A DNA stretch of 64,000 nt, taken from contig CM059438.1 in the NCBI GenBank assembly GCA_030390025.1, forward strand, positions 62,188,001 through 62,252,000, in the 5' to 3' direction. The position numbers and the translations under genes are program-made. The notes below the pieces were generated by a model. That model searched no databases. It worked only from the letters and a program-made list of their open reading frames with translations, and was not told the DNA's origin. Shown here in pieces: positions 39,880 through 52,395 of this stretch (within the stretch, counting starts at the first letter, position 1; every line of letters starts with the position of its first letter). The stretch comes from Squalus acanthias (Eukaryota).

Positions 39880-40500
39880 TATACAATCCCGACGAAAAAA
39901 GAAGATATTAGAAGGGGTGATTAAAAGCTTGGTCACAGTGGTGGGTTATAAGGAGGATATTAAAGGTGGAGAGAGAGGTGGAACGGCAGAGGTTTAGGGA
40001 GGGAATTCCAGAGCTTGGGGGCCTAGACGGCTGAAAGCACGGCCGCCAATGATGAGGCGAAGGGAAGGGGAGATGCGCAAGAGGCCAGAGTTGGAGGAAC
40101 GCCAAGTTCTCAGATGTATGTAGGGCTGGAGGAGGCTACAGGGATAGAGAGCAGTGAGGCCTGGACGTGACTTGAACACGAGGATGAGCATTTTAAATCC
40201 GAGGCGTTGGCCGACCAGAAGCCAATTTAGGTCAATGAGCACGGGAGCGATGGGTGTGGGGAACTTGATGCAGGTTAGGATACAGGCAGCAGAGTTTTGG
40301 ATGAACTGAAGTTTATGAAGGAAGGGTGGAAGACGGGAGGCTGGCCAGGAGAGCATTGTAATACTCAAGTCTGGAAGTAACAAAGGCATGGATGAGAGTT
40401 TCAGCAGCAAATGGGCTGAGGTGGTGGGTGGGTGGGTGTGTGGGGGCGGGGGGGGGGGGGTGGGTAGATGTTATGGAAGTGGAAGTCGGCAGTCTTGAGC
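39880..40500 (-). mobile_element. L2 3' fragment; others at about 45100-45950 (+), 52905-53260 (+, internally deleted) and 63325-63860 (-)
   Basis: LQFIQNSAA, LRSSNSG and GRAFS motifs in ORFs 39994, 52874 and 63461. Confidence 0.85.
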
Positions 40501-40789
40501 TGCATTGAAGAAGAACCTCATCAGCTTAGTCCTCTTGCTGTGAATCTACTATCAGTCCCATCTGTCACACTCCAACTGCGGTAGGTGTTGAGCCTCTCCT
40601 ACCCTAGATCCAAAGCTTGAGATTGTCTCTATGTGGTTAGGTAACGAAGGACAGAGCTGTGACAGATCAAAAAATTCACGTGTTACTAATAATAAAAACC
40701 TTTTTCTTTACATTTTCTTTATGGAATTTTGGCAGCTGGTGACCACTTTAATTTGTGTAACGCTGGACGGAAACTGACTAGCTGGCTGA

Positions 40790-41108
40790 AAAAAAAGAAA
40801 GACTTGCATTTCTACAGCTCCTTTCACGACCACCGGACGTCCCAAAGCGCTTTACAACCAGTGAAGCACTTTTTGAAGCGTAGTCACTGTTGTAATAAAC
40901 GCGGCAGCCAATTTGCGCACAGCAAGATCCCACAAACAGCAATGTGATAATGACCAGATAATCTGTTTTTAGTGATGTTGATTGAGGGACAAATGTTGGC
41001 CTGGACACCGGGGATAACTCCCCTGCTCTTCAAAATAGTGCCATGGGATCTCTTACATCCACCTGAGAGAGCAGACGGGGCCTCAGTTTAACGTCTCATC
41101 CGAAAGAC
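40790..41108 (-). mobile_element. DeuSINE 3' portion; tail-only copies at about 38786-38900, 44119-44225, 45613-45725 and 48345-48460
   Basis: gacttgcattt..cctttcacgacc..cccaaagcgctttaca motif. Confidence 0.85.
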
Positions 41109-41699
41109 ATTTTTTCATGTAAGTTAATATCATTGAAATGGAGGAGGCAGTGAATTACCTCCTGTCTAGGTTGATGATTTAGCAAGTGTTAATATCCAAG
41201 CGTCAGAAACACTTAATATTGTTTACCTGGCTATGAAAAGGAACCAGCGCCAATCATTTGTGTTTGTTTATTTAATCAGAAATCCTGCAAGCAAGGCTCT
41301 TGTAGCTTGGCTCCTGAGAAGGGTACATGGCTGGAATCTTGGATGTGACAAGTGATGTTCCCCAGGGATCTGCACTGGGGCCTCCGCTTTTCACCATATA
41401 ATAGGGAGTTCCTTGGAAACTAGCCTAATGCTCTTGAACCATGCCAAGCAATGACAGCTGTATTCACTTGATATTGGTGGGTCTCGGTTTGATTTTCAGA
41501 ATAGAGAGCAGGTATAAATATTGCTTGTATGTTGGTTCTTTATTGGTCTTCTACTTTGTCGAGCAGTTTACAAGTGTGTGTGCATTTGTGGGGTGGGGGG
41601 GCGGGGTGCGCGGGCGATGTGGGGAATAGAATAGTGGGAATACTCCATAAATACCTGATTTCACACACACAAATTTGCATTGTGGTCTCTGGCCCAACT

Positions 41700-44300
41700 T
41701 GAGTGTTGAATTTTTGGAGGATGTCACTAACAAGGTGGACAGCAGAGTGTCTCTGGATGTTGTCTTCCAGAAGGCATTTGATAAGGTTCTGCGCAAGAGA
41801 TTATTAGCAAAAATGACAGCGTGTGGAATTGGAGGTAACCTTAGGACGTGGGTTGATAATTGGTTGGGAGATAGGAGACAGAGAGTAGGGATAAAGGGAA
41901 TGTGCTCTGATTGGCAGGATGTGACGAGTGGTGTTCTCCAGGGATCTGCACTGGGGCCTCAGCTTTTCACCATATGTGTCAATGACTTGGATGAAGTAAC
42001 AGGGAGTTGTGTATCTATCTCTGTTTCCAGATGACACTAGGTTAAGAGGAACAGTAAGTTGCGTAGATGGTAGCAGGAAATTACAAAAGGGCATATACAG
42101 ATTAAGTGAGTGGGCAAAACTGGCAGATGGAGTTCAATGTGGGGATGTGTGAGGTTATCCAGTTGGGATCCAGAAGTGTCAAATCGGAATATTTTCTAAA
42201 TGTTGAGCGACTAGAAACTGTGGAGGAGCAAAGTGATTTGGGTGTCCAGGTACTAAAAACTACTGCACAGGTATAAAAAGTAATCAAAAAGGCTAATGGG
42301 ATGTTGACCTTTATCTCTAGAGTTGGAAGTGATGCTTCAGTGCTACAGAGCCTTGGTCAGACTGCACCTGGAGTATTGTGCTCAGTTTTGGGCACTGCGC
42401 CTCAGGAAGGATATATTGGCCGTGGGGGTGGGGGGGGGGGGTGCGGGATACAACGCAGATTTACCAAAATTATACTGGGCCTTAAAGGGTTAAATTATAA
42501 GGACATGCTGCGTAAACTTGGGTTGTAATGGCCTAGAAATTCGCGTGGCCGGCTTGCCGCGGGGGTAAGGATCGCGCGCGCTCTTACCCACCGCGCCTGC
42601 CGTTGTGTTTTGGGCCCACAGGAACTTCGGGTCCCGGGCCTCTCCCAAGAGCCGGCGCGCAGTGCTTGCGTGTTCCAGGGGCGCAGTTAGTGCGATGCGA
42701 CCCCTGGGATCACGTGGGCCATGGAGAGCCAATGGCAGCAGACCATCTTTCATTCATAGATTTGACAGGAGACCTGTCAAATCTGTGAATTGAAATCGGC
42801 CCCAAAAGAACAGCTAAACTTCAAATAATTTTTTTTTAAAAACCATCACATTTATAAAATAACTATAGTTAAATAAATTAACCACTTTAAACAAAAATTT
42901 AAATTTTTGAAAAAATTAAAATACTTTTTAAAGTGATAAATAAACTTACCTTTCTTTAAGGTATCTAAAAAAGATAAACCTGTTGAAAATTTTTTTAAAT
43001 TATACTTAATTAACTACTTACCTTGTTCAAAAGGGGTCTTACGCCTCCTTTTTACGAGCGTAGAATCTTCAATACTTACCCTCGCGTTGAAACCTGAAAA
43101 AAAATCTAAGTGTGCTGCGTGCGCGCAGCCTCTAGCGCACGCGGTTCACCTAGGAACCGCCCCCTTCACCATACCGGAAGTGCCGGTTTCCCGCGCATGC
43201 GCAGTGCAAGCAGGAAACCAGCACTTCGGGAAGCAATACGGGTGAGTACGGACTGTGTACTCACCCGGGAACGGCCGAATTTTTGGGCCATTACCTTCAG
43301 TTTAGAAGGTTGAGGGGCAATCTAATTGAGGTGTTTAAAATGATAAAAGTATTCAATAGGGTAGGTACAGAGAAGCTATTTCCTCTATAGTGTCCAATTC
43401 TGGGCACCGCACTTTAGGAAGGATGTGGAGGCCTTGGACAGGGTGCAGAAAAGATTTACAAGAATGGTTCCAGGGATGAGGGACTTCAGTTACCTTCTCC
43501 TTAGAGCAGAGAAGGTTGAGAGGAGATTTAATAGAGGTGTTCAAAATTATAAGGGGTCTAGACAGAGTAGATGGAGATAAACTGTTCCCATTGGCAGTAG
43601 GGTTGAGAACCAGAGGACACAGATTTAAGGTGATTGGCAGAAGAACCAAAGGCGACATGAGGAAAAACTTTTTTACGCAGCGAGTGGTTAGGATCTGGAA
43701 TGCACTGCCTGAAAGGGTGGTGGAGGCAGATTCAATCGTGACTTTCACAAGGGAATTGGATAAGTACCTGAAGGGAAAAAATTGCAGGGCTACGGGGAAA
43801 GGGCGGGGGAGTGGGACTAGCTTGAAGTGCTCTTGCAGAGAGCCGGCATGGGCTCGATGAGCCGAATGGCCTCCTTCTGTGCTGTAACCATTCTATGATT
43901 CTATTGGAAGAATCCAGATCAAGGGGGCACAATCTTAACATTAGAGCTAGGCCATTCAGGAGTGAAATCAGAAGCACATTTTCACACAAAGGGTAGTGGA
44001 AATGTGAAATTATCTCCCCCAAAAGGCTGTGGATGCTGGGACAATTTAAATTTTCAAGACTGAAATAGATAGAAGTTTGTTAGGTAAGGGTATCAAGGGA
44101 TATGGAGTTGAGGTAAATAAAGAAAGACTTACATTTCTATAGCGTCTTTCACGACCGCAGGACGTCCTAAAGCGCTTTACAGCCAATGAAGTACTTTTGA
44201 AGTGTAGTCACTGTTATATTGTAGGTACAGTTCAGCCATGATCTAATTAAATGGCAGAACAGGCTGGAGGGACTGAATGGCCTCCTCCTGTTATGTTGTT
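41700..44300 (+). mobile_element. Old CR1 RT/3' end hosting three nested insertions (MITE, younger CR1 at 43390-43903, SINE tail)
   Basis: FQKAFDKV and QGSALGP motifs; CR1 sequence is collinear across each insertion. Confidence 0.85.
42529..43290 (+). mobile_element. Harbinger-type MITE, family A copy 1
   Basis: TIR tggcctagaaattcg / cgaatttttgggcca; flanks taa/tta; homologous to 45960-46701. Confidence 0.9.
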
Positions 44301-44829
44301 ATCACGAACCTTCAAAGAGTTTTGGAAAGGGACTGTAACTTTAAGTGAAATTTTGTGATCTACTAAAACTGCTGTTTGTTCTTCTAATAATTTTACTTAA
44401 TTAGCCTGATTCACAGTTGTACAGTCAGTCAGAGTGTCACTAATTTGTCTATCCAATCGCTCCAGAGAGAATGAGGATGTCAATACTATATGGGCCTATT
44501 AGCAGCTTAAGGGGCGGCTTATTACCCTGATTGCATGAGCACTTTTTTTTGTCTGAGTTTTGACCCAAAATAACGAAATAGTAAAAGCTGAAAATCTGTG
44601 CTACCTCTCTAATAGAAGAGGTGGAACTTGCTAACACAGGGAGTAGCTGAGGCGAATAACATAGGATCACAGAATAGTACAGCACAGAAGGAGGCCATTC
44701 GGCCCAGCGAGTCTGCGTCTCAAAAACTACTTTCCGGAACGAAACACGTCTTCTGATTAGTGGGTCTGTGTGTGTCTGAAGTGAATCTTTCTCCATGGAT
44801 AATGATTTACGTTTTTTTTTTATTAACAG

Positions 44830-44946
44830 GAAATGACAAATGTTTTCAAAAAAGTGCTAGATTTGACATATCCAATCACCTCGATGTTCTCAGGATCTGC
44901 TTTTAACAGTAGTATCAGCAACACCTTTAAGGACAAGCAGATAGAG
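44830..44946 (+). CDS. PNPLA7: PNPLA7-like exon: [39 protein letters not shown]
   Basis: Poly-T tract then aacag| acceptor; GAG|gtaaga donor; 117 nt, phase 0/0; [13 protein letters not shown] motif. Absent from the ORF track. Confidence 0.93.
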
Positions 44947-45959
44947 GTAAGAGGTGGGCTCATCAGTGTTGTAACCAGCTGCAATAATCCTCTCCTCCAA
45001 TCCTGCTCTTGAGCTGCCAACATGCACAGTACAGCACTGGTGCCAGTCTGGCATCAGATCATAGATGAGTCACAACTTCCTTTAGCTGCACATTGGGAAA
45101 AGCAAAGTCATAATTTTCTGTGCCTCTACCACAAGCTTCACTCCCTTGGCACTGATTCCATCCCCCCTCCCTGGCGCCTCAGATTGAACAAAAGCCTGCA
45201 GAACCTTAGCCTGTTTGACGCTGAGCTGAGCAGAGCGTCAAACCTCACGTCGTGTCCATCACCAAGGCCACTTATTCTGCGACATTGCCCGCTTCCGCCC
45301 ATAGCTCAGCTCCTTCACTGCTAAAACTCTGACCCATGCTTTTGTCACCTCGCGACTCGATTATTCCTGTGCTCTTGTTGACTTTCCTTCATCCATTTTC
45401 CATAAAGTCCAACACAGATGGCCGTATCCTATTCCAAACTAAGCCCCCTAATCCAACCTCGCCCATCACTCCCACCCTCATTGACCTACATTTGGCTCTC
45501 TATCCTCCAACACATTAAATTTTATAATCCTCATCTTCAAATTTTTCCATGGTCTCACTTCACTCTACCTCTGCAACCTCCTGCAGACCAACTCCTCCAC
45601 CCCTCCAGCATAGTTCCTACATTACAACAGTGACGACACTTCAAAAGTACTTCATTGGCTGTAAAGCGCTTTGGCTTATCCTGAGGCCGTGAAAGCCGCT
45701 ATATAAATGCAAGTCAGTCTTTTGTTTTCTGACAAAACCTCCTGTGCATCCCCCCTTCCTTTGTCCCACCAGAGCTTTCAGCTGCCTTGACCCAGCTCTT
45801 TGAAACTTCCTCCCTGAACCCCTCTGTCTCTCTACTTCTCTCTCCTCCTTTAAAAACTTTCTCAAGACCCATACTTTTTCCCAAGCCTCCTAAACTCTTC
45901 CCTGGCTCTTACTACTACTTTATAAACTGCCTTCCAATGTTTCATATGTTAAAGACACT

Positions 45960-46701
45960 GGGCCAGAAATTCGGCTTTCCGGCTTCCTGTGGGTGCAAGC
46001 ATCGCGCGCGTACGCGCCTGCCGTTGTGCTTTGGGACCCACGAGGACTTCGGCTCCTGGGCCTCCTGCAGCTGCCGGCGCGCAGTGGTTGCGTATCCCAG
46101 GGGCACAGTTAGTTCGAAGCGTCCCCTGGGATCACGTGGGCCATGGAGAGCCAATCGGAGCAGGGCATTTTCATTCATAGATTTGACCGGAAGACCTGTC
46201 AAATCTATGAATAGAGATCGGCCCCAAAACCACACTTAAACTTCAAATAATTTTTTTTTTTAATCACATTTTTAAAATAACTAAGTTACATAAATTAACA
46301 AAAATTTAAATTTTTGAAAAAATTAATTATATCTTTTAACGGTGCTAAAAATAAACTTACCTTTCTTTGAAGTATCTAAAAAAGATAAACCTGTTGAAAA
46401 AATGTTTAAATTGTAATTAATTAACCACTTACCTTGTTTAAAAACAGGCCTTGCGCCTCCTTTTTAAATGTGCAGCTTCTCCATACTTACCCTCCCGGAG
46501 AAACCTGAAAAAAAAAACGAAGTTCGCTGCGTGTGCACAGCCTCTCCCGCGCACGCGTTCGACTTCTGAACCCCTTCCTTCAGGGGAACAGAAGTTCCGG
46601 TTTCCCGCGCATGCGCAGTGCATGCGTGAAACCGGCACTTCAGGTGGCCTTACGGGTGAGTACACAGCGCGTACTCACCCGACGAGCCGAATTTCTGGCC
46701 C
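45960..46701 (+). mobile_element. Harbinger-type MITE, family A copy 2
   Basis: Perfect 17-bp TIR gggccagaaattcggct; perfect 3-bp TSD act. Confidence 0.93.
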
Positions 46702-47530
46702 ACTCTATAAATGTCAATTGTTATAGTTGACAATTTACTTGCCTCTGATGCTGTATGGCTGGTAGATTCTGTCCAACCACCCAGTAGCAGACACGCTGCG
46801 ATTTTGCCCTGGGAAAGCTGTGTTGGTGCACAGAAACCTGGTGTATGTTTCTATAATATCGGTAGCCTGGCGATGCAGCACCAGCTTGAGCTGGTTTCCG
46901 TACACAATCGAACCTGGCACTTTCCTGATCTATATGGCTTGGCTACCCTCTGAATCGACATGCAGAGCCATTGGGGAAGCTCCTAGTCCCCCTGGTGGTA
47001 GGTTTCCGAATGGCATTGCCCTGGGAGCAAGTCCGCAGCTAACGCTATTGTCAGTCAATGGTTTCAGGCATGAGAAAATTCAGCGTCAGTCAGACAGGTA
47101 CAGCTATGCCAAAATATTCTGTATCTTTATATAAAGATCTGTCTGGATGCTTTAACATGGAGATACATAGAATTTACAGCACATAAACAGGCCACTTGGC
47201 CCAGCCAGTGTTTATGCTCCCCACACGAGCTTTATTTACTTCGTCTAACCCTATCAATATATTCTCTAATTTCTTTCTCCCTCATGTACTTCTCTAGCTT
47301 CTTATTAAATGTATCTATGCTATTTGCCTCAACTACTCCTTGTGATAGCGAGTTCCACATTCTCACCACACTGGATGAGCATTCTGACTTCCTCTTTCTC
47401 TCTCTCCCCCCCCCCCCCCCCCCTAAATCTCCCTCTAAGAAATGGAACCGTCTATTGAGGGCAGAGGTTGGATCAAGGGGTCGTGTTGCCCTTCTGGTCA
47501 CTGAACAGATGCTCTGTGTTTACTTTTCAG

Positions 47531-47600
47531 GACCTGTGGATTCCTTACTTCAACATCACCACTGATATAACTGCGTCCGCCATGCGGGTTCATACTGACG
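47531..47600 (+). CDS. PNPLA7: PNPLA7-like exon: [23 protein letters not shown](G)
   Basis: ttttcag| acceptor; ACG|gtgagt donor; 70 nt, phase 0/1; in frame with neighbouring exons. Confidence 0.93.
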
Positions 47601-50600
47601 GTGAGTGCACCTTGGCGTTCTGACCTCCTCCACCCCCAGCCTAGTTTCTGTGACCAGTGAATAATGTTGCCCACCTGACCAGGGAGGTGCTCTCGAATCA
47701 CCAACAAGGGAGCTTTTAAACCCAGCTCTCAGCATTGCGGAAATTAAATACTCATTTTGGCAATCCCCACCCCAAATGATTTGGGAACCTGTGGTCTTGG
47801 GCTAGTTGGTACCTTTGCACTGCTGCTAATCTGGTCACATTGATGGGTGCATTCTCTGCTAATAATGTCTCAGGAAAATGTTAATTTTCAGTGAAAGCCT
47901 TCATCAATTGCCTAAATTCTGTGAAATTGAAATGTAACTTTTTACTTGAAAGCCGCTTATAATTTTATAATTCACTCATTTCAATAATAAAGTCTCTTCT
48001 CTCCCTGCACCCCCACCCTTCCCCCAATCTCTCCAAGTTTCTCTTGTTGTTCTGAGTCCACAGTGACTGACACACAGGTCTCCATCGATCTTGCTTTGCC
48101 TGCTGGCTCATTGTTGTGCAGTAAATGAAGCAGTGCATTCAGGGCCTGGATAGCAGACTGTGTTCGAGTCTTGTTCCCTTTGGGACTCTCTCCCAGTTCA
48201 AGAGCTTTATGACCATTTGCAGTATCCATAATTACCAGTCTGGCTGAGGTCAGCTAACTCTGCATCAGCCAGAGATATGTGGGCCTTCGTTCTGCGCCAC
48301 AAGCCGCTGTCGAAGCAGAGTTCATATTTTTTTAAAGGCAATTAAAGAAAGAAGTAACTTGCATTTAAATAGCGCCTTTCGCGACCTCAGGACATCTCAA
48401 AGCGCTTTACAGCCAATGAAGTACGTTTGAAGTGTAGTCACTGTTGTACTATAGGAAACAAAGCAAATTCATTTTTATTTGTAACAAAAAATGCAAAAAT
48501 TAGTGTTAGGATTTGACATTCCATCACTTTTAGTATAAGATGATTAGATGTAAATACATCATATGTGAATTATATGACGGGGGCGGGGGGGGGGCAGGGT
48601 AAACACAGATACTAGTACTGGTTTATAACTGAACCAATCTTACGAACCTTCCTCGTTGCTGCTGATATTTCTCGAATGAAACCTATCCATCATCTTCATA
48701 CAGCTGAAGTCTGTGCAATGTCTGACCGGCCATTACCACCCCCCCACCCCCAAACCATTTATTCATTCTGTCACAGATGCTGGGGGCTCGGGAAGCCATT
48801 TGAGGTTATCGGGTGCTTTTCCAACACAAGAGCCACTGTAATAAATTCCTCTCATGGTCTTACCTCGATGCTTTCATCTAGTGTCAGTACCCTGAGCTTA
48901 CGAGGTATTGTTGCGACTTCTCTCAAAGGGCGGGTTGAAAGGTCGACCAGTTATGATGAAACGCCAACGTACGTCAGGATTCTAGGATAGGTGCAGTTTC
49001 TTTGTGATGTTTATGTGCTGTCTGTAATATTTGCAGTCGCAACATGCTTAGACTGATACTTGCTGCAGCAAGATGAGTGTTGATTGTACCAGTTTCTGTA
49101 TATTTAATTTCATTCCTATATAGATCCCCTAAACCACTTGAAAACAAAGACACCTGTACAAAATTCACTAAAAAAAAAGTGTGGCTGCTGTAAAGGTGGC
49201 CTGTGTAATGTTTCCAGAAGGAGTTTTCAGCTGTTGTACCAAGTTGGTAAATGCACTGACACATGTGCTGACACACAGCCTGTTCTGAGCTAGCTGATCT
49301 CAGCCAGACAATGGCTGGACCAATTCCCTCGGCGTCCCCGGGCCAGGGTGGAGGGGGCGGGTGAAGAATCGGCCGCGGCTCCGTGCTCCTGATCACTAAC
49401 CAGTGACATCCGCTGGAAAAAGCGTGCGCAGGGCGTCGAGTGAAGACAGGATCGGGCTCAAATCTGACGCCCCCATAGTTGAATAGCCTGCCGAACCCGA
49501 TTGTCTCGGTTCACATGGGAGAATAATCTAAATTGCCATTGGCCCTTGTCGAATCATAGCCCAGCACTTAGAGAGAAATGAAGGGGAAAAGAAGAAAACT
49601 TGAGGGAAAAAAATCTAATTTTAAAGCAACATTTCAGGTTTGGTATTATTGTCTCATAATCCAGATTGCGGCATTTCCTGCCAATGTCTCATCTGTAAAA
49701 CATGGGATTTTGGAAGGATCCTCAATAACTCGGTGTCCGCTTAATACTGTAATAAAGCATGCTTTTTCCTCGGATCAGAGTGCAGCCAGTAAACTGAAGC
49801 CTTGACTATAGTTTAAAGACTGAGCACATTGGCAGTGACTGTTTCTAATAAATCAAAGCCATAACGTGGCATTTTGATGCTCTAAGTTGCTCTCCTGGTT
49901 TTATTTTTCTTTCTTTCTTTTGCAATTTCTGTTCTCTCTGTCGACAAAGCCAAGGAATTGATTGCTGGCTTTTCATTACAAATCACGCAGCGGATCCAAT
50001 TTATTTCCATCACCTGTGTCAGTGGCAGCAAACCTGACCTCAGAGGGAAAACTTTGTAGAAAAAAGTCTGAGAAAGCTCTTTGTTAACCAGTGTTTTTTA
50101 AATTGTTCTGATGTGCTATGTTTCTCAGATCATTACACCATCCCTCTGGATCGCTGCTGTTCCCACAACACCCCCCCCCCCCCCCCCCCCCCCCCCCCAG
50201 CGAGACTAATTCTTTCGAGGCACCTCCTGGCCTGCAATTTCAATCCCACTGCTCGCTCGCGCTCTCTCTCTCCCATTTTTGAATGGTCAAGGTGGCCAAC
50301 CCAAAGGAGCCTCGCACCCCAAGCGTTCTCGCTCAGATTGGGCACGATCAAACCCGTTCAACCGGTCGTTTCTGGGAGTATTGCCACCCTCCACCTCGGT
50401 TCTGGCTCGTGTTAGCTCATGCCAAACTCTCAGAAACCAATGAGGACGTTGCTTTTATTCGTAAAACTGAACAAAAGACATCAGCCAAACGGGAACAAAA
50501 CCTCTGGGACACTGCCCCTTTAAAAGTTTGGTACCATATTCATTGGGTGGTCCAGTGCATTTCTGTTGCATGCCCCTTGCTCCAGAAATGTACCCTAGTT

Positions 50601-50920
50601 CCTCCTCGTATTGGTTTGGTAGTGGTGAATATTGCAGACAAATGGTCCAGGGGCTCTCTTGGAATTGGGAACATTTTTCCTCATGGTAGTCAGACCGAGC
50701 TCCTCCTAAGTAGCTTTTCCCTATCGACGTTCTCCTTTCCAAAGTCATAGAGAAACATCCTTTATGCTCAACTTCTGGTTCAACTGCTAATACTTTACCT
50801 CCGTGGTCTTCATTCTACTGAGAACTGGGGGGTCTTGAGCTTCTTCAGTCTGAAGAAATTCAAAATGTTGCAGTTGATGCATCCGGAGACTGGCCGGCAA
50901 CCATAGACTGCAAGGACATG

Positions 50921-51407
50921 GGGGGAAAAATTCAGTATCGCCCCGTTTGGGGCGCAATTATCGGCCGGGCGCAAAGATTAGCGGCTGGCACTAATTATCA
51001 CCTCCGACTGCAAACTTGACTTTTATCGCCCCTGGAGGTGATTGGAGCGCTAAATCAGGCGCTACACATCTGTCTTAAGGCGCAAAGGCCGAGGAGCGAG
51101 GCTCTAACTCAGTGATGTCAGTCAGCAATTGAACACAGACACAATGGCGCCGGCCAGTTCTTAAAGGGGAGGGTTGATCTTGCTTTCCATCCACATCCTG
51201 CTCATTGCAGCCTTGAATCTCGGCCTGGAGAGACCTGTACATCAAATCTGCTGGAAAGCACAATGGAGAGGCCATGGGAAAGAGCTCAGAGTGCAGCCCC
51301 CACAGTCTCTTCTAAATCGATACAAGGAAGGGCAAATCAAAATGAACCTGCAAAGTCCTGCTCAGTACCCAAAACTCCTTCACGCAGCGTTGAATCTCTC
51401 CAGAAGT

Positions 51408-51446
<39 letters not shown>

Positions 51447-51814
51447 AATGCGTGGTTCAAAAATGTCACCAACAAAAAAAGGCAGGAAGCGGTCGCCTTT
51501 AAATAGCGATCCCCCAGTCCCTTCCTGACTGCAAAACGCTCCCCTCAACCTGTCGTTGCTAGCGGCAGGCGGTAAGGCAGGGGGCGCCACTCAATATCCG
51601 CTCTGGGGTGCTACCGGGGCGTTACGCACTCGACTGACGTCACGATCTGCCGGCGCAGGAGATCGTGGCGGTAGTGTTTAGCGCCGCCGCAAAATGTCTA
51701 GTTAATTTCACGAGCGGTGCAAACATCGCCGTGCCCGGGCGCTAGTTGCTTTGCGCCCCATTAGCGCCCTCTTAAGGCGCTAACGGGAGGCGCAACCAAT
51801 TGAATTTTTCCCCC
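50921..51814 (-). mobile_element. Harbinger-derived MITE with internal (CT)n at about 51410-51445
   Basis: TIR gggggaaaaattca / tgaatttttccccc; reverse complement of the right arm resembles 6591-6915. Confidence 0.9.
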
Positions 51815-52074
51815 AAGCACTTTCACATCAGGATTCAAGAGTCTCTCAAAAGTACTTGGAGAGGGAGTAAATTACCAGTCCTCGGTGGTAATCTTCCTCA
51901 GGCAAAGATATCCTTTCCTTGTATCAGGGTGATCGGCTTCTGCAAGCTCAACACTGTGCAAGAGGCAGACCAGCAAGTCCTGAGTATACTCTGAACGTCA
52001 GTCTTCCCATCATCTGCCCTCAAACCCAGGACTCTTCCTCAGCAACAGAAAGTCTGGTTAAAAAGAAAGAAAGA

Positions 52075-52395
52075 AATGCACGAATGTTGGGTATCTGAAC
52101 TACAAACAGAAAATATATTGGAAAACATATTGGGGGTGAAACTGGACATGGGTTGGAACACAGACCAGGCGTAATTGCATTGGGCGACCAATGTGATTCC
52201 GCCTGTATTGCATCTGTGTCCAATTTCACCCCAACATGTCTGCCAGCACCTGGACAGTTAAAGGCTGGGTTAACGTTTTGGATGTAAACTCTTCATCAGA
52301 ATATTCTGACAAGGTGTTGTTACACACCAGGAACGTTTCTCTTTACAGAATCAGATGGGCCTACTGTGTATTTCCAACATTTTCCATTTTTATTT
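52075..52395. mobile_element. Degraded palindromic Penelope-derived element containing a ~100-bp mini-MITE (52132-52232)
   Basis: Inverted arms with decayed hammerhead cores; mini-MITE TIR ggggtgaaactggaca / tgtccaatttcacccc. Confidence 0.6.

Noticed and set aside
43071..43082. U1 snRNA gene (ATACTTACC matches the U1 5' end)
   Set aside because: No further U1 sequence follows; better explained as an antisense splice donor.
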